Shown: positions 10,892-23,550, counted from the first letter of the whole stretch. The stretch: DNA of 61,178 nt, filler included, from Catajapyx aquilonaris (GCA_000934665.2; 4 parts of 4 records of this genome joined end to end with filler, not necessarily neighbours in it), one strand, 5' to 3'. Notes: generated by a model from the letters alone, not told the origin. Made by a program: numbers and translations.

Positions 10892-12590
10892 GGTGAGCTT
10901 GAAACCGTAGTGTGTGAGCACCTGCGGATTGACGGGAGGTTAGAACCGCTGAATCAGCGCAAGAGGAGTAATAAATACTAAACAAATTACATCGAAAAAA
11001 GGCATTGCAAAAACGAATGTGTCAACCGGCACACATTGGCACCACTTTCTCTGAAATCTTGATGTAGACACCATATCATACCTCGGTTCTCCAGAGTATC
11101 CTTCCATAATGCCGAGCTGGTACTTGGTTGTAAAGACTGGGCTCCTGGCAGTCGTCACGAACATGTGAACCTGGATACGGATGTCTTGGCTGAAGATAAC
11201 CATGTCCGTGCTCAACTGGTCCTGCTTCATTACGTCAAAGTCTCTCCCGAAGGCAGGATATGGCCTCCCGGTCCTGCCAGGAGCACCTGAGATCCTCGAC
11301 ATCCCACACACCAAGGACTAACATGACAGCATCGGTTTCCGTAACGTATAAAAGACATCCTTCAACTGAATTCTTATCTGCGCTGTATGATCCTACTCGG
11401 TCAACCACAGGGTCGGCTGACTCTTCCCTCTGCGGTACTGGCTATATGCACTTGGGGCATTGTCGCCTATAGATTGTGTTCGCTGACCAGGAGATGTGGA
11501 ACGAAGCTACCTGACCACAATAAAGCACGACAAACTGAAATACGTCGTGGAAATGTAACAAAAAAACAAGAACAAGTGGTAGGTCAGGAGCTGGTTAGGC
11601 AGCCCTTTTCACGGCGAATTCATCTAGGGCAAAGTCTAGGGCCGACATCGAGATCCCCCCTTCTACCAAGAAGGGCATTATTCCCACAGATTCGGCGTGA
11701 TTGGTTCCGTCCAGGGTGCTGTCAAAATAGATCATGTCTTGGGCTGGGTACGTGGCGTCATCAATGACCCTATAGCAGGGAAAATATTTAGGACACTATT
11801 GAATAAGTTCCTAATTATAATAGGATTCAAAATGACACGATATGAGACCAAGTGAAATGTTGTTGAGTTGAAATGCCATTGATAATAAGGTATACCCATA
11901 CCCATTCCACTTCCGAGAGGTCCCTTGTTCGAATATTCTCCCTATTTTAGAAGTTTAGATGGATTCTCTTCAGCTGAGCCGTTTTCTAGGAGTTGTTTTG
12001 CATTCAAGTATGGGCCTAGCACCCTTTTAAGGGGGGGATAAAGAGAATTTGGGAGTAAAGTTCTCGCTAACAAACAACAGCAGAATCGATTTTTTTTTGT
12101 GTGTGTAAGTGTAACTGACCTCTCTCTTACACATGTGTGCAGTACTTTTCCCATATTCTTAATGTAGTATTTTTTTAAAGTCATTTGCATTCGGGAGTAA
12201 TTTACTACGCCGGCGTAAAATTTTAAGTGATGTCGTAACAAGCACCAAAATATGCGGAAAAATGTGGTGCTCCGGACCTGTAAAGCCGATTTTTATATTT
12301 AGCTATAACCTTTCGGCAAATAATAATTTTGCCAAAATTTGACTGATTTGAGAACTACTAGAAGTTGGGGGAACCCTAATTTTCACGGTTTTTATTGTGC
12401 CTAGAGGGAATGGTCAACCGCAAACGCGATCCTCCTGTTGTGTAGGGAGGGTGGGATCGAGTGTCTCCTCTTTCAGCCATAGTTGGAACTCGAAGAAGTC
12501 CGGATTCTCTTTATTTTTCGCATAAAGTCGGGTGCTGAAAAGCTGATTTGCTAAGAAGACACATGTCTGTAGGAAGTGGATATCCTATTA

Positions 12591-13269
12591 TGGGGAAGTA
12601 GCCTTCATTTTGGAAACTACATAATAAATTCGCCCATATTTTTTGGATTTTTTTGGCATATTCCGTTTTAAGATATCAGTTTCAGTTCGGGCGGAGATAT
12701 TGGCGTTTTTTCGTGGGCAAATGGTGACGTCACTGTTTGCCTCGAAAATGTTGACGTCACGCGAAGTGAAATGAACGCAAAAATGGTGTTATAGAACGCG
12801 CCCCGTCATTGTTGTAAAATGCTTCGCTGTTGTTAGCAACCGTCCCATTCCGTGAGCAAGATAGCGGCCGGGGCGCGTTTTTACTTCACGCCGCTCAATC
12901 AGCTAAGGGGCTGGCAGTGGTGCCAACTGGTAGGAATTATCTGTCACCCGAATTCGGCACATGAAGGCCCCTTTTCTCCACCTCGATGGCCTACAGCTTC
13001 CTTGCGAATGCTTTCCGTCATGTCCGCGGTTAATTCAAAGTCAAATTCCTCATATCTCGCAGTCAACCAGGCATTTCAGTGTACCCTTTCGATTGGCACC
13101 ACCCGGCTGCCCCGTTTTTCCCGCCAATTTTGAAGGCACTTTTAAATGTGCCGTAATTTATCCAGTAATGTCATTTTGATGCAACAAAGTGATGGAATGT
13201 ATGTTTACAGGCATGGGCTAGCTAGTTATGAACAAAAATCCCAAATCCCAGACCAAGGCTACTTCCCCA
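12591..13269. mobile_element. Tourist/Harbinger-like MITE
   Basis: 15-bp TIRs TGGGGAAGTAGCCTT / AAGGCTACTTCCCCA with TTA duplicated on both sides (12588-90, 13270-72). Confidence 0.75.
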
Positions 13270-13291
13270 TTATGGGAGAGTAGAGAGTAAT

Positions 13292-13742
13292 GGGCATCAC
13301 TGGACTTTTAGACTTTTTATCATCATCGAAAAAAGTCTTATAGAACGACTCTGTCTGTCTCTATGTGTGTCTGTTCGTCTGTGGACCGGTATCAGGGGCT
13401 CAACCGCATAAGATAGCGACAAAAGGTTTTCATATTCGGATTAAGCGTGACCGAAATAGGTGTCATGGTCAACTTCCGGTGATCCGCCACTTCCGGTTTT
13501 CCGGGTTCACTCGATCCGCCCAAGTTTACTTTACGGGCGCGTTATCGTTGGATTTCAAAATTAGTTTCCGTACACTCCTGACCAAGTGTGTCGGGGAGTG
13601 ACCAAAATACGTGTCATGGTCAACATCCGGAGACCCGCTACTTCCTGTTTAATTCCGGGTTCACTCTATGCGCACAAGCCTACTTCAGAGTTTCAGACCA
13701 ATGATGTCCCAGTCCCGTGATGGATAAAAGGGGTTCTACTGT
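13292..13742. mobile_element. Helentron-associated (HINE/DINE-1-like) non-autonomous element
   Basis: Subterminal inverted repeats (ctttttatcatcatcg / cgtgatggataaaaag), a (GTCT)-type microsatellite near the 5' end and internal acttccgg repeats. Confidence 0.5.
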
Positions 13743-14079
13743 AATAATATTTTGTAACAATTTGTAAATTTCGTACCATTAAACTTGACTTACTTGATCA
13801 TCAATGTTACTTTATGTGGGAAAAATTACCCATCAAGTTTCATACTTGAAAAAATGAAAAAAATCTATTCTAATCACGCTCACGTGATTTGCCAATATTG
13901 TTTCTACTTGATGGGGGTGTCGTCGGGGGCGGGGGGAGGGGGAGGAAGAGGAGGAAGAGGATAATTTTTACGAGTCAGGTACCGCACGAGACCCCTCATA
14001 ATTATTTGCATACCCAAATATTGTCTTCTAATTTAGTCTCATTTCGTGTCCAAAAACCATACAAGACAATCTAACCTAC

Positions 14080-14441
14080 CTTAGGAGCAAGTGATCTTTG
14101 TTTTCTGGGTATATAGCCGCATGGTTTATGTACTGATCCCACTTCAATATGTGGGTAAGCCATGGGATCGTGTGCAGATCATCATCTTCGTCATAATCTC
14201 CCCATGTGTCATGGATGATCCCTACTTGGATGTCAGTGTCGTGCAGGAATTCTATTACCTCGGTTGCTTCCGGGTATGCATGGAAGGTACAGGTAAGATC
14301 GTCTCTTAGGACATTTGGCCTGAAAAAGGTAGAGGGAGGTAAGTTTCTGAGTTTTCATACTAAATATGCATTTAGTTCCTTACCCGATGTAGGTGAGAGG
14401 TGGGAATACTTCAGTAATAGGAAAATCAAACAGCGTTTTCT
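14080..14441 (-). CDS. Two phase-compatible exons (14441-14384, 14319-14080) of a divergent MDP1-like HAD phosphatase
   Basis: KTLFDFPITEVFPPLTYIG|PNVLRDDLTCTFHAYPEATEVIEFLHDTDIQVGIIH...LKWDQYINHAAIYPENKDHLLL parallels MDP1 DYTLWPFWVDTHVDPPF...LYPEVPEVL...IYPGSK. The 64-nt GT-AG intron preserves frame and there are no stops. Confidence 0.65.
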
Positions 14442-15252
14442 CTGAAATAATAGAACGAATGGTCATTCACTTCGAACATAATTATTGCCGGGTTGAAACT
14501 TATAATTATTCAATTATACGCAAGTGAAGAATACATCAGTATTGAATAAATTAGTGTGTAGTAGCCTTCTGTCTTTATGCTGGTGAATATCCATCGCTAG
14601 AAAATGCAAGAAGGGCGGAAGGGCGGATAAGAAGAGCGTGAAGCAGGCCTTCAAAATTTCGTTAGCTAAATATGATCGGAAACAGAAATGAAGAGTTTTG
14701 TTCGTTTCCTGAACATTATTTTTATGTTTTCCCACCTCATTGAATTGCGGTCTTCAATGGTAAGTTATTCGGATTGGCGTATCCACCTGCCTATCTTTGA
14801 AATGTGGGGTGTGCCCCTCACACTCGATATACTCGTTCATACTGTGCGCCCTCCTTATTCCAAGGAATATTATGATCAAAGGTATTTAAAAAACAATAAC
14901 TGAAATTCCGAAAAGCAAAACATGTATTTGCCGCGCAAATCACTAGCATATCATATAACAACACGGTTAGACCCCTTTCAAATTTATAAGAGTCCAGCCC
15001 TATAGCTAATGTACTTGCTCTGATCTGAAAATATTGGGACACCCCCAAAAAACGGAGTGGTGGGGTTATACACAGGATGTGATAAAAAGTTTCCATTAAG
15101 ATTATCTGGACTTTAGAATGGATAATTATGAATAGTAACAGTTGAGCTAGGAGAATACCAAATTTGAAGTTCATTTGACAGTTAACAACTGAAATAAATA
15201 CGATTATACCTTGGACAGTGAATTTCTGTGGGGTCTGGTAAAAATTGCTGCC

Positions 15253-15352
15253 NNNNNNNNNNNNNNNNNNNNNNNNNNNNNNNNNNNNNNNNNNNNTTAA
15301 TTAATTAANNNNNNNNNNNNNNNNNNNNNNNNNNNNNNNNNNNNNNNNNNNN
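15253..15352. other. Artificial contig-joining spacer (N44-TTAATTAATTAA-N44)
   Basis: All-frame stop linker flanked by Ns, identical at three places. Confidence 0.97.
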
Positions 15353-16042
15353 AGAAGGGTTGAAAGTACCTCTAATTAAAAAATTATGCCGCTAAGCCAT
15401 GTCCTTCATACCTAGGTAGATAACTTTTTGACCCTCCCTCGTACCATTATCAAGGTGAAAACCCAAAATACACAGACAAATTTTTACACCTCCTGAAAGT
15501 AGACTTCAAGACCTTCCTTTTGGTGCAATTTCATTAAAATAGGAGGATACACATTTTGGGAATGAGCTGTGAAAGTTCCAAGGTCATGCCAACAAATGTT
15601 ATTGATTAATGTGTGAAGATATGATCTCAGCACACATCTGACAGCATTTTTGGAATCGGAAGGTTTCTGTGCATAAGTACAAATATTTTCAACTTTCTAC
15701 ACCAATTAGTTAACACACAATAAAATATTTTGAAAAACAAGTCGTGCCTTCATAACTCTGCCGTAGCCATTTTCACCCTCATTTCCCTGGCTACAGCTCA
15801 AGAACTATAAGAGGTAGGAGGCTAAAATTTTCAGGATATTAGTTTCTCAGTACACAGTTTGCCCAGTTAAAATTTCAAGAAAATCTGAGATGGTGGGTGA
15901 CATGGCTGGATGTACTGACATGGAATGACCCAACAGTAACTTTCATTGCTCTGTACCTATCTTTAGCAGCGCAGCACAAAACACTAGATACTCTACATTT
16001 CATTGATTCTAGTCTGAACATCATAGTTGTCGCCAGCCTGAC

Positions 16043-17031
16043 CTTGCATCTTATTGGCAACACTGGTTGTTGTACAGATTCATCCCAACTGTAGGGCCCA
16101 TGTAGTGGCGTGCTAGGAGCGGATGTAGTTGGCGTCACAGGTGTCAAGGGGTCTGACAAAGTGACTCCATTAGAGGTACTCTGGATCACAATATGTGTAG
16201 CCTTCAGACCCTCTCCATGCTGGAAATAAAATGACACTTTCATAATGCATCCTATTCTCAAGAACAATGCAAAAATTACACTTACAGCCGGTTGTATGAA
16301 TATATGGTAAGGTTAATCGTGGTGTTAGTCTATAGTTAACGTTACCTCATGTTCATACAACTGGCCCTTAGTGGGCCATGTTACCATAACTGATAATTGG
16401 CTAAACTGCCTCGAAAGCGCGTTCATGCCTGTAGCCAGGGGTTGGCCATCATAGTGATCTGCTCCGACGCCATGGTCTGTCACACAAACGCACCAACTCC
16501 GCCTGACCAGTGTGACGCACTCTATGGATGACCCCTTATACCTAACCCATGCGGCCAAGTTCAACCAATGAGCAGTAAGTGCATGTCCCATCAAGCAGCC
16601 TTAGTTTAGGACTACAGCACCTGCAGCTGATCCGGGGTGATGACATTAAAAGTAGTACCATTGGCCACCCCAATCAGCGATCCCACGGCCACCGGTAATG
16701 ACATGGAAACAGGTACAGAGACTGGCATGACCTGCACCGTCTCTTCCGCATTGTTGACCACACCAGCTCCTCCCGGACCCGACTGATCGGTACTATCCTC
16801 GTCATCCTCCGAATCTGTCTCATCATGAGCAGTGGAGGAGGTGGGGCCAACGACGGGTGGGGACACTGCTACTGTTTGCACCCTGTCTCCGTCGTCGTTG
16901 TGTTTGGCCCCTCGACCTGGCGTTGAAGTCGGGTGGTCCCGGCAGGGTTCGGCTTCCGTCGTCATGTCTTCGGTCGGGTCCGGGACCAGCACCCGATCTT
17001 CCTCACTCACTCCCCCGACCACATTTTCCAT
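16043..17031 (-). CDS. Deaf1: Deformed epidermal autoregulatory factor 1 (SAND-domain transcription factor), 5' exons 17031-16621 and 16219-16043; gene runs off the contig
   Basis: VSMSLPVAVGSLIGVANGTTFNVITPDQLQ and GLKATHIVIQ...YSWDESVQQPVLPIRCK match arthropod DEAF-1 motifs and the start of the SAND domain. Both exons are in phase 0 with GT/AG boundaries. Confidence 0.8.
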
Positions 17032-17340
17032 CTTTGCTGGTGCGGGGGAACATTTCAGCAGGGTTGCCAACGGATATCCTCCCAGGTGCCATGAATTTCC
17101 CCGCAGCAGGGCGCTGCTAGAAATTTATTCCAATCAATCTCTGAGTTGGAATTTCAAATCCACCCTAGTCGCGATCCTAGTGCATTACATTTCTATGAAG
17201 TCGAGGCCTAGAAACTCGATTACTCATGCCATTATTCGGCCTTGAACTATTTCTGTCATTGTTGCTAAATAGGTATCATTGTGAAAAATGTATCGCTAAA
17301 CCTGGTTAAAACTTTGACTTGTGCAGAAAAATGCATGCAT

Positions 17341-17341
<1 letters not shown>

Positions 17342-17391
<50 letters not shown>
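17342..17391. repeat. (TAA)n microsatellite
   Basis: Direct read. Confidence 0.95.
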
Positions 17392-17393
<2 letters not shown>

Positions 17394-17712
17394 CTCAGTG
17401 ATAAGCCTGTGGCCTTAGGGGTTCCTCTTTTAAATACCAATTGATGCCAATGGAATATGACAGTGAAAGGAAATGGGAGAAAAATTATGTGAACATGCAG
17501 AGAACCTATCAAGACTCATTCCAAATGACAATATTTTCTGCCCGATCCAGGAATCACAAATACTGCACCTCTGAGGTGGGAAGGCTGCAGCGCTAACCAC
17601 TACGCCACAGGCAGGGCCGGATTTATGAGGGGGCAAAGGGGGCAACTGCCCTGGGGGGTCCTGGCCAGGGGGCCCCGTTAATACAAAAATTAAAAATTAA
17701 AATATTGCTTGA

Positions 17713-18012
17713 ACGGAAGCAGCAGTAGGTGAAGGGATATGGTATCCGGCTGCTAATCAGGAGGTCCGGGGATCAAATCCCGGGACCAGCAACTCTGACC
17801 GTGGTTTTCTGTGGTTTCCCACGGTCCCTCCAGGAAAATTCCGGAGTTGTTTCCGTAATTAACAGGCCACAGCCGCTTCCTTCCATTCCTATCCCTTCCC
17901 AAAAAGCGAAGCAAAAAGTAAAAAGCAAAGAGTTCCTGACAAAAAAATTGGGATGAACTCCCCCCCTAAGAGAGCCAATGGCTCTATCACGGGGTAAATT
18001 ATTATTATTATA
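17713..18012 (+). mobile_element. tRNA-derived SINE
   Basis: tRNA-like head (gaggtccggggatcaaatccc), (ATT)n tail and flanking duplication aatattgcttga. Confidence 0.7.
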
Positions 18013-18099
18013 ATTAAATATTGCTTGATTTTATTTGGATTAAATTAATATAATATCGATGTTAGGGTGATGTCATTGAAAGGGCTTGGAAGATGACTG

Positions 18100-18900
18100 C
18101 CAGCCCACTTACGGAAATTCTGGGCTGGCTAGCCAATTTGGCCCTACAGCCCCTCCTTCCCCATTTATTCAACACACTTACAACACAAAACAAATAACAT
18201 CAAACAAGTATAACATCAAACAAGTATAACATCAAAAACGCAGCCCAGTCATCCATCACCAGATCATCCATACATCCATACATCAGTCCACCGCCATACA
18301 TCAGTCAACCGCCAAAGGGTCTTCAAGAATTGTTCAGTTCAGATAACACTCTGTCTGCCTCTAAACAGAATAGGTTGAAACTCTGAGGTATGTCTGTTGC
18401 AAATGCTCCCCTGGAACACGGCCATCCCAATCCCTTTGAGACCGCCGCACAAAGTAGTTGGCCCCTAGCTCTTAACACTTCAGGGATTGTGCATTGCCAG
18501 AGGACGTGGGCCGTATCCTGTCGCCCCAGGCCACATGGGCACCAGACGCTCTCCTCAGTCCCATTCCCCCTCCTGAAACGAAAGAGATAGGCCCGGAAAG
18601 GGCCGTGACCAGAAATGACCCGGGCCACATGTCCGTGCACGTGCCTGTCGCTGTCCACCTCGGGTAAGAAGGGGCGATACCAGGCTCCCCCAGTCGCTTC
18701 CCATCTGGTCTGCCAAAGCGCTAAGGAGTGCTGTCGAACCCGTCTGCTCGCCTCCACCTGTCTCTCCGGAAGGAAAACCCGGCTCACCACCATGTCCGCT
18801 GCTTTTCTCGCTTCCTCGTCAGCACGCTCATTCCCCTGTACCCCTGCATGTGCCTTCACCCAGTAGAGTGAGACAGCAGCCGGGATGCCCCGCCAAACCT
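18100..18900 (-). mobile_element. 3' end of an RNase H-bearing non-LTR retrotransposon (R1/LOA/I-group-like)
   Basis: YWVKAHAGVQGNERADEEARKAA (RNase H C-terminus), ISGHGPFRAYLFRF and CPCG...QDTAHVLWQC (terminal CCHC). 5'-truncated. Confidence 0.85.
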
Positions 18901-20859
18901 CCCTTGTCCTGGCCGCAACTTCTAGGACAAGGGAGGTGAAACTGCTCTGATGGCCAAGATCTGCAACTTAATTCGGTGCAGTTCAACAGTATAAGTAAAG
19001 TTTTTCAAGGAGTTGAAGTTGACCTGAAGAAAGTCCCTCCAATAGTATCTTCACCTTATCGCAATGGTGGAGGTTTGCGTTTATCCCATGACCCCAAGAG
19101 CTATGCCGGCGGTAGCTTATTCGTCTACTGGTAGGGCCACCCAAGTCGGACAGGTCTTAGGGATAGGATTAGTTACTTAGAATATATTTGAGCGATCATT
19201 CAGCAAACTGGCCCTGATAAAGAATATTATTTGAGAACCACAGTGACCCATGAAAACTGAGTGCTCTGTGTAGAGAGCAGTGTTCTAAAGATGATGCAGT
19301 TGGAACAATTCATTAATGATTTTGTGAATGTGAAGTGCAGAAAGAAAGACATTACGTAGCTGTTATGCAATGTGAGGACTCAGCAGTCAAAAAAAAACTC
19401 CTACTTCTAAAAGCAAGTGATACCTTATAAGTATCATTGCGACCATGCAAAAGGGATGTCTTAAATGTGTTACATGTCCTTCATGTGAGTTCTGCTATGG
19501 TCCAATGGAAATTACTGTTGTTTTTTTTTTTCCAAAAATTGCATGACACACAATGTTCTGGCTTCTATATTCTAGAATATATTGTAGTATATTAAAATTA
19601 TCTGCGGAATAAAACCAAAACAAGAACCAACAAATGTTTTAATCTCTGAGCTCAAGGGGCCCCCTGAACCAGAAATGCGCCAGGGCCCCCCATATCTAAA
19701 TCCGGCGCTGGCCACAGGCTTCTCCACTCAAAGTATCAAATTCAAATTAGGGAAGTTAATTTCTATTAACATACATTGTGGCCATACAATTTTGTAATGT
19801 GATTCTTCAACTTATAGCACCTGTCAATAAAACAAATCTGGCTGGATTGGAATTGTTAATTGTGGACTAAAAATAACCTACAAGCTACAATAATTAATAA
19901 CAAGTGCAATCCAGCCTGATTTGTTTTACTGACAGTGATTTGGTGTTCCTCACCATGAGGAATGAACGGAGGAATGCTCAAATTGTAGAAGTTCCACTGT
20001 AGAGTATGAGTCCACATCAAGCTGGAATATGAGTCCACACCAATATGGAAGTGAGCTAAATTATGAACAAACAGCAGATGTTTTTATATATGTAGAGGCC
20101 AATCAAGGAAGCTACTATCCAGAGCTGCTAAATATGGCTGTGTGTGCATTAAAAGGACTAGGTTATTTTACTATCTGGATCACAAAAATACTAGTTAATT
20201 TTTTTTTTTTTTTTGCACATTTTGAGGAGGAAAAACAAGAGCTATGTGATGAAAAAGTGTGTTGTTACTGCAACAGTGAAAACCATGGTGAAAACCAACC
20301 TTAACAGTCGATTACAGGAATGGTGTGTCAGGGTCTTCCAAGCTGGACCACGAGCTGGACAGATCTGGCTGGGGTAGGTGCCAGATTAAGAAAAGTAACA
20401 CTCCCGACCCCCTCTCATATCTTACAGCTAGGTGGCCTAGCTACCTTGGGTTATTTCCACTCAACCAATCAATGAGATAATTATATTCTCATTCCTCACA
20501 AGATCACTCACTATTCATAATCACTGTCCACATCAACCCTGCACTATGGGAGAAACCTATCTCACAGGTTAATAGGGCTGATTTTTGGATGTTGTCCATG
20601 GAAGTAAAACTAGAATTAAACGACAACTGCATAAATACGGGGTTGTCCGATAATTATCAGACAACCCTCGTATGTGAGGTGCCAAGTGGTTCGAGTGTTG
20701 CCAATAATTATCACTATTGGCAACACTGTTACCCCTTGGAACCCCAGGCTGCCACGACTGAATGTGGATAGGCACTTTTAGAGTCGGCCCTGGGGAACCC
20801 TATGGTACCATTAGTGAAGCACTCGCAGCAGTATGTGCGGAGCAATGCCTGTTCAAAGT

Positions 20860-21006
20860 GTATCATCAGTTCAAAAAGAATAGTCCCAGTCATCCTGATG
20901 TGTGTGCTGCCCGCTCGACACACACCATGTAACTTACATGGTGTGTGTCGAGCGGCCAGCCCACACGTCAGGATGACTGGGACAGTTCTTTTTGCACTGT
21001 TGATAC
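20860..21006. mobile_element. 147-bp fully palindromic MITE (copy 1)
   Basis: gtatcatcagttcaaaaagaa...ccatgtaacttacatgg...ttctttttgcactgttgatac. Near-identical copy at 34077-34223. Confidence 0.9.
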
Positions 21007-22032
21007 CCCCTCCACGCAATCGCCCTAAAGACAGCTCTGCTTCATCAAGTTCCCTGTTCGTCCCTGATTCACGTGGAAAATCTGCTACACAGGTCTTGTG
21101 CAAGGTCTTGTGCAGGGGCGTCATGAATCTACCTCCCGTATCGTACCTTTGTGAGGTTAATACAAGCTTTTAAAGATGGCCCCCTCCCGTACCGCAACAA
21201 ACTCAACCCATTGTGAAGCTGTGACAACTTTGTTGGATATGGACTGGCGATGGACCTGCATAGAATTGGCAATTAAAATTGGAAAGCAGCATCAATACCA
21301 TAATTGCAACATCACCTTCACCCAGAAATTTGCCTTATGAGGTAGGATTTGTTGCAGAGAGGACCCATTGTCTTCCACAACCCTTGCTGTCATGTGGCTA
21401 TTGCTGTTCGGAAATTTTCTTCAGAAATGGGAATAGAAGCTGTTGGAATATCCTCCCTATTCATCTGACATGAATACTTGTGACTATGATCAACTACAAA
21501 AATGAAGGAACCCTTAAGATTGCTTTCGTTTCTGTTTCCATATCTTAGGGTGGTCTCTGCATAACTCCTCTTCACACAAAAATGCTGACGATGTTCATAG
21601 CTTTCCATGGATATGTGATAAAATGAATGAAAATGTGATAAAAATAGCTGGGGACTACACCTAGGTAATGTGAAATGTTCATGTGTGTACCCATACTGGA
21701 ACGAAAAATTACAGCAGTGTTGCCAATAATTATATCAGACAACCCATTTATTATTTTCAGCATTGTTGGAACATTAGTACAGAATATTCTCTGCTGGTAA
21801 TCATTTTGCTTGGCTGATCAACTCAACAGAACTGAAGTAATCTAGTCTACTGGGTTTTCAGAAATTACCGGAAAAAATTAGGAAGACATCTTTCAAAATA
21901 TTATTCACACAAGATTGTCATACAGCAATTGAAAAAAAGGGAAGTCCAAAAGAAAGTTGGTGATGGTAGCTATTTGGTCTTTATTTGCCCAGTGAGCTGC
22001 AAGGCCCTTTCGGGTAGATGATGGTGGCTATA

Positions 22033-22846
22033 CAGGGTGAAGGGAAACTCACGCCCAATCGCCAGGTAGACTTACAGTACTCATAAAACTCTTTTTTATT
22101 TATTTATTTTTTTTTTACGTTACCCCGTGCTAGGGCCATGGGTCCTTATAGGGGGGTGGGATACCACCATTTTCTACAATTTTCTATTTTTTTCTTCTTC
22201 ACTCCGGTGCAAGGATGAAAGGACATGGGGAAGGGATAGGGGATTTTTGGGGAGGGAACATGGGTGCAAGGTGCACGTCTGAAAACGGGTCATGTGCTGT
22301 TCCCCAGGAGGTTAGGTTGCCAGACACCTCCTTGGTGCAGGTCAGAGACCCTCCCGACGCAGGTGAAAGGAAAGTTTCCCAGGCGGGGATCGAACCTGGG
22401 GCCTTTCACACAGCAAGCCGTGACGTTACCATCACGGCCACCACACCTCCCCTCATAAAACTAATATAAGGATGTGCAATTAGTTTTGGGCTCCGTTCCA
22501 TAGTTAATACGTATGGCGCCGTCAAAGTTTCGTGACGTCACATCTGTTCCGCCAGCTTCTAAGAAGCAAAAGACAGTTCCAGGACCTCTGGCCCCTAGCC
22601 TTGGTCCCTAACACATCGTCCATGAGCAAAAGGTGATCGAATCCCATCAGGGGTAAAAATCCAGTTATGACACCCATGCACTTTGTCGTTTTGGCCTCAT
22701 ATTCCACCATCCGGCCCTCTACACTTTAAGGGTGCCGTACGCATTAACTACACAACAGAGCCAAAAACTAATTGCACATCCCTATATTAGTTTTACGAGT
22801 ACTATCAGTCTACTTGGCGATTGGGCGCGAGTTTCCTTTCACCCTG
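22033..22846. mobile_element. Tc1/mariner-type MITE (CAGGGTG ends, TA flanks) interrupted by a SINE; related copy at ~41503-41886
   Basis: TIRs cagggtgaagggaaactcacgcccaatcgcc / ggcgattgggcgcgagtttcctttcaccctg. Confidence 0.85.
22091..22451 (-). mobile_element. tRNA-derived SINE, family A
   Basis: A/B boxes on the minus strand, A-rich tail and TSD ctcataaaact (22080-90, 22452-62). Confidence 0.85.
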
Positions 22847-22936
22847 TATAATATGCTAATAGGAGACTCTACATTCCGGGCACTTTCATGGCATTCATGA
22901 ATAATTGTGAAAGTATGAACAGGAATATTGGCCAAG

Positions 22937-23301
22937 GGGGGAGGCACGGTGGCCGAGATGGTAACATCTCAGCTTGCTATGCGAAAGGTCCCAGGTTCAA
23001 ATCCCCACCCGGGAACAAACCTTTCGCTTGCGTCAATGGGTCGTGACCCGTGCCTAAGGAGGCGTCTTGGCAACCTGACCTCCTGGGGGACTGCACCTGG
23101 ACCACCGCTGGACAATGCACCTGCACATGTGTCCCCTCCCCAAACCCCCTACCCTTACCCTATTTTCCTAGTATTCCTTGCACCGGTGACCGAAGAAAAA
23201 TTAATTAGAAAACTGTATGGTGGTCTGCCACCCCCCTAAAGCGGCCTAGGGTTGCATCACGGGGTAATTAAAAGAAGAAGAAAAAATAGAATAAAATAAA
23301 T
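22937..23301 (+). mobile_element. tRNA-derived SINE, family A
   Basis: ggtggccgagatggtaac...aggttcaaatcc head, A-rich tail and TSD atattggccaag. Confidence 0.85.
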
Positions 23302-23550
23302 ATATTGGCCAAGAATCAAACAAAACAAACCAACCAGTGACTCTGCAGGACACAGAACTCAGAAGATTCGTGGGATTCTCTTTACCTCATCAATCCTCTA
23401 TAGAATCAACAAACTATTACCCTGCTATCTTTTTAAAAAGTACAGTCCTGATGTTGCAGAGCAGTTGAACCATTCCTGAGAGATCACAACAAATGCATGA
23501 CATGCATTGCTTCTTTAATGTCTTCACCCCCAGTCACGTAAAATCTAGGT

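Larger units (their letters stand above)
17612..19710 (+). mobile_element. Internally deleted hAT transposon with 8-bp TSD, carrying a nested SINE and LINE fragment
   Basis: TIRs CAGGGCCGGATTTA / TAAATCCGGCGCTG. TSD GCCACAGG at 17604-11 and 19711-18. Remnant of the hAT C-terminal dimerisation region (ERSFSKLALIKN/YLRTT...INDFVNVKCRKK) at ~19188-19360. Confidence 0.85.

Noticed and set aside
10691..10921. RE-repeat ORF (similar low-complexity ORFs at 17306, 32633 and 53238)
   Set aside because: These are translations of microsatellites.
10940..11770. GC-balanced, coding-looking region
   Set aside because: The frames I translated contain stops or no recognisable family motif, so no call can be supported.
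14688..14903. Plus-strand peptide LVHTVRPPYSK faintly resembling MDP1 VDTHVDPPF
   Set aside because: Similarity is too short and no consistent exon chain could be built.
15297..15308. TTAATTAATTAA as a biological motif or piggyBac site
   Set aside because: It is an assembly linker embedded in Ns.
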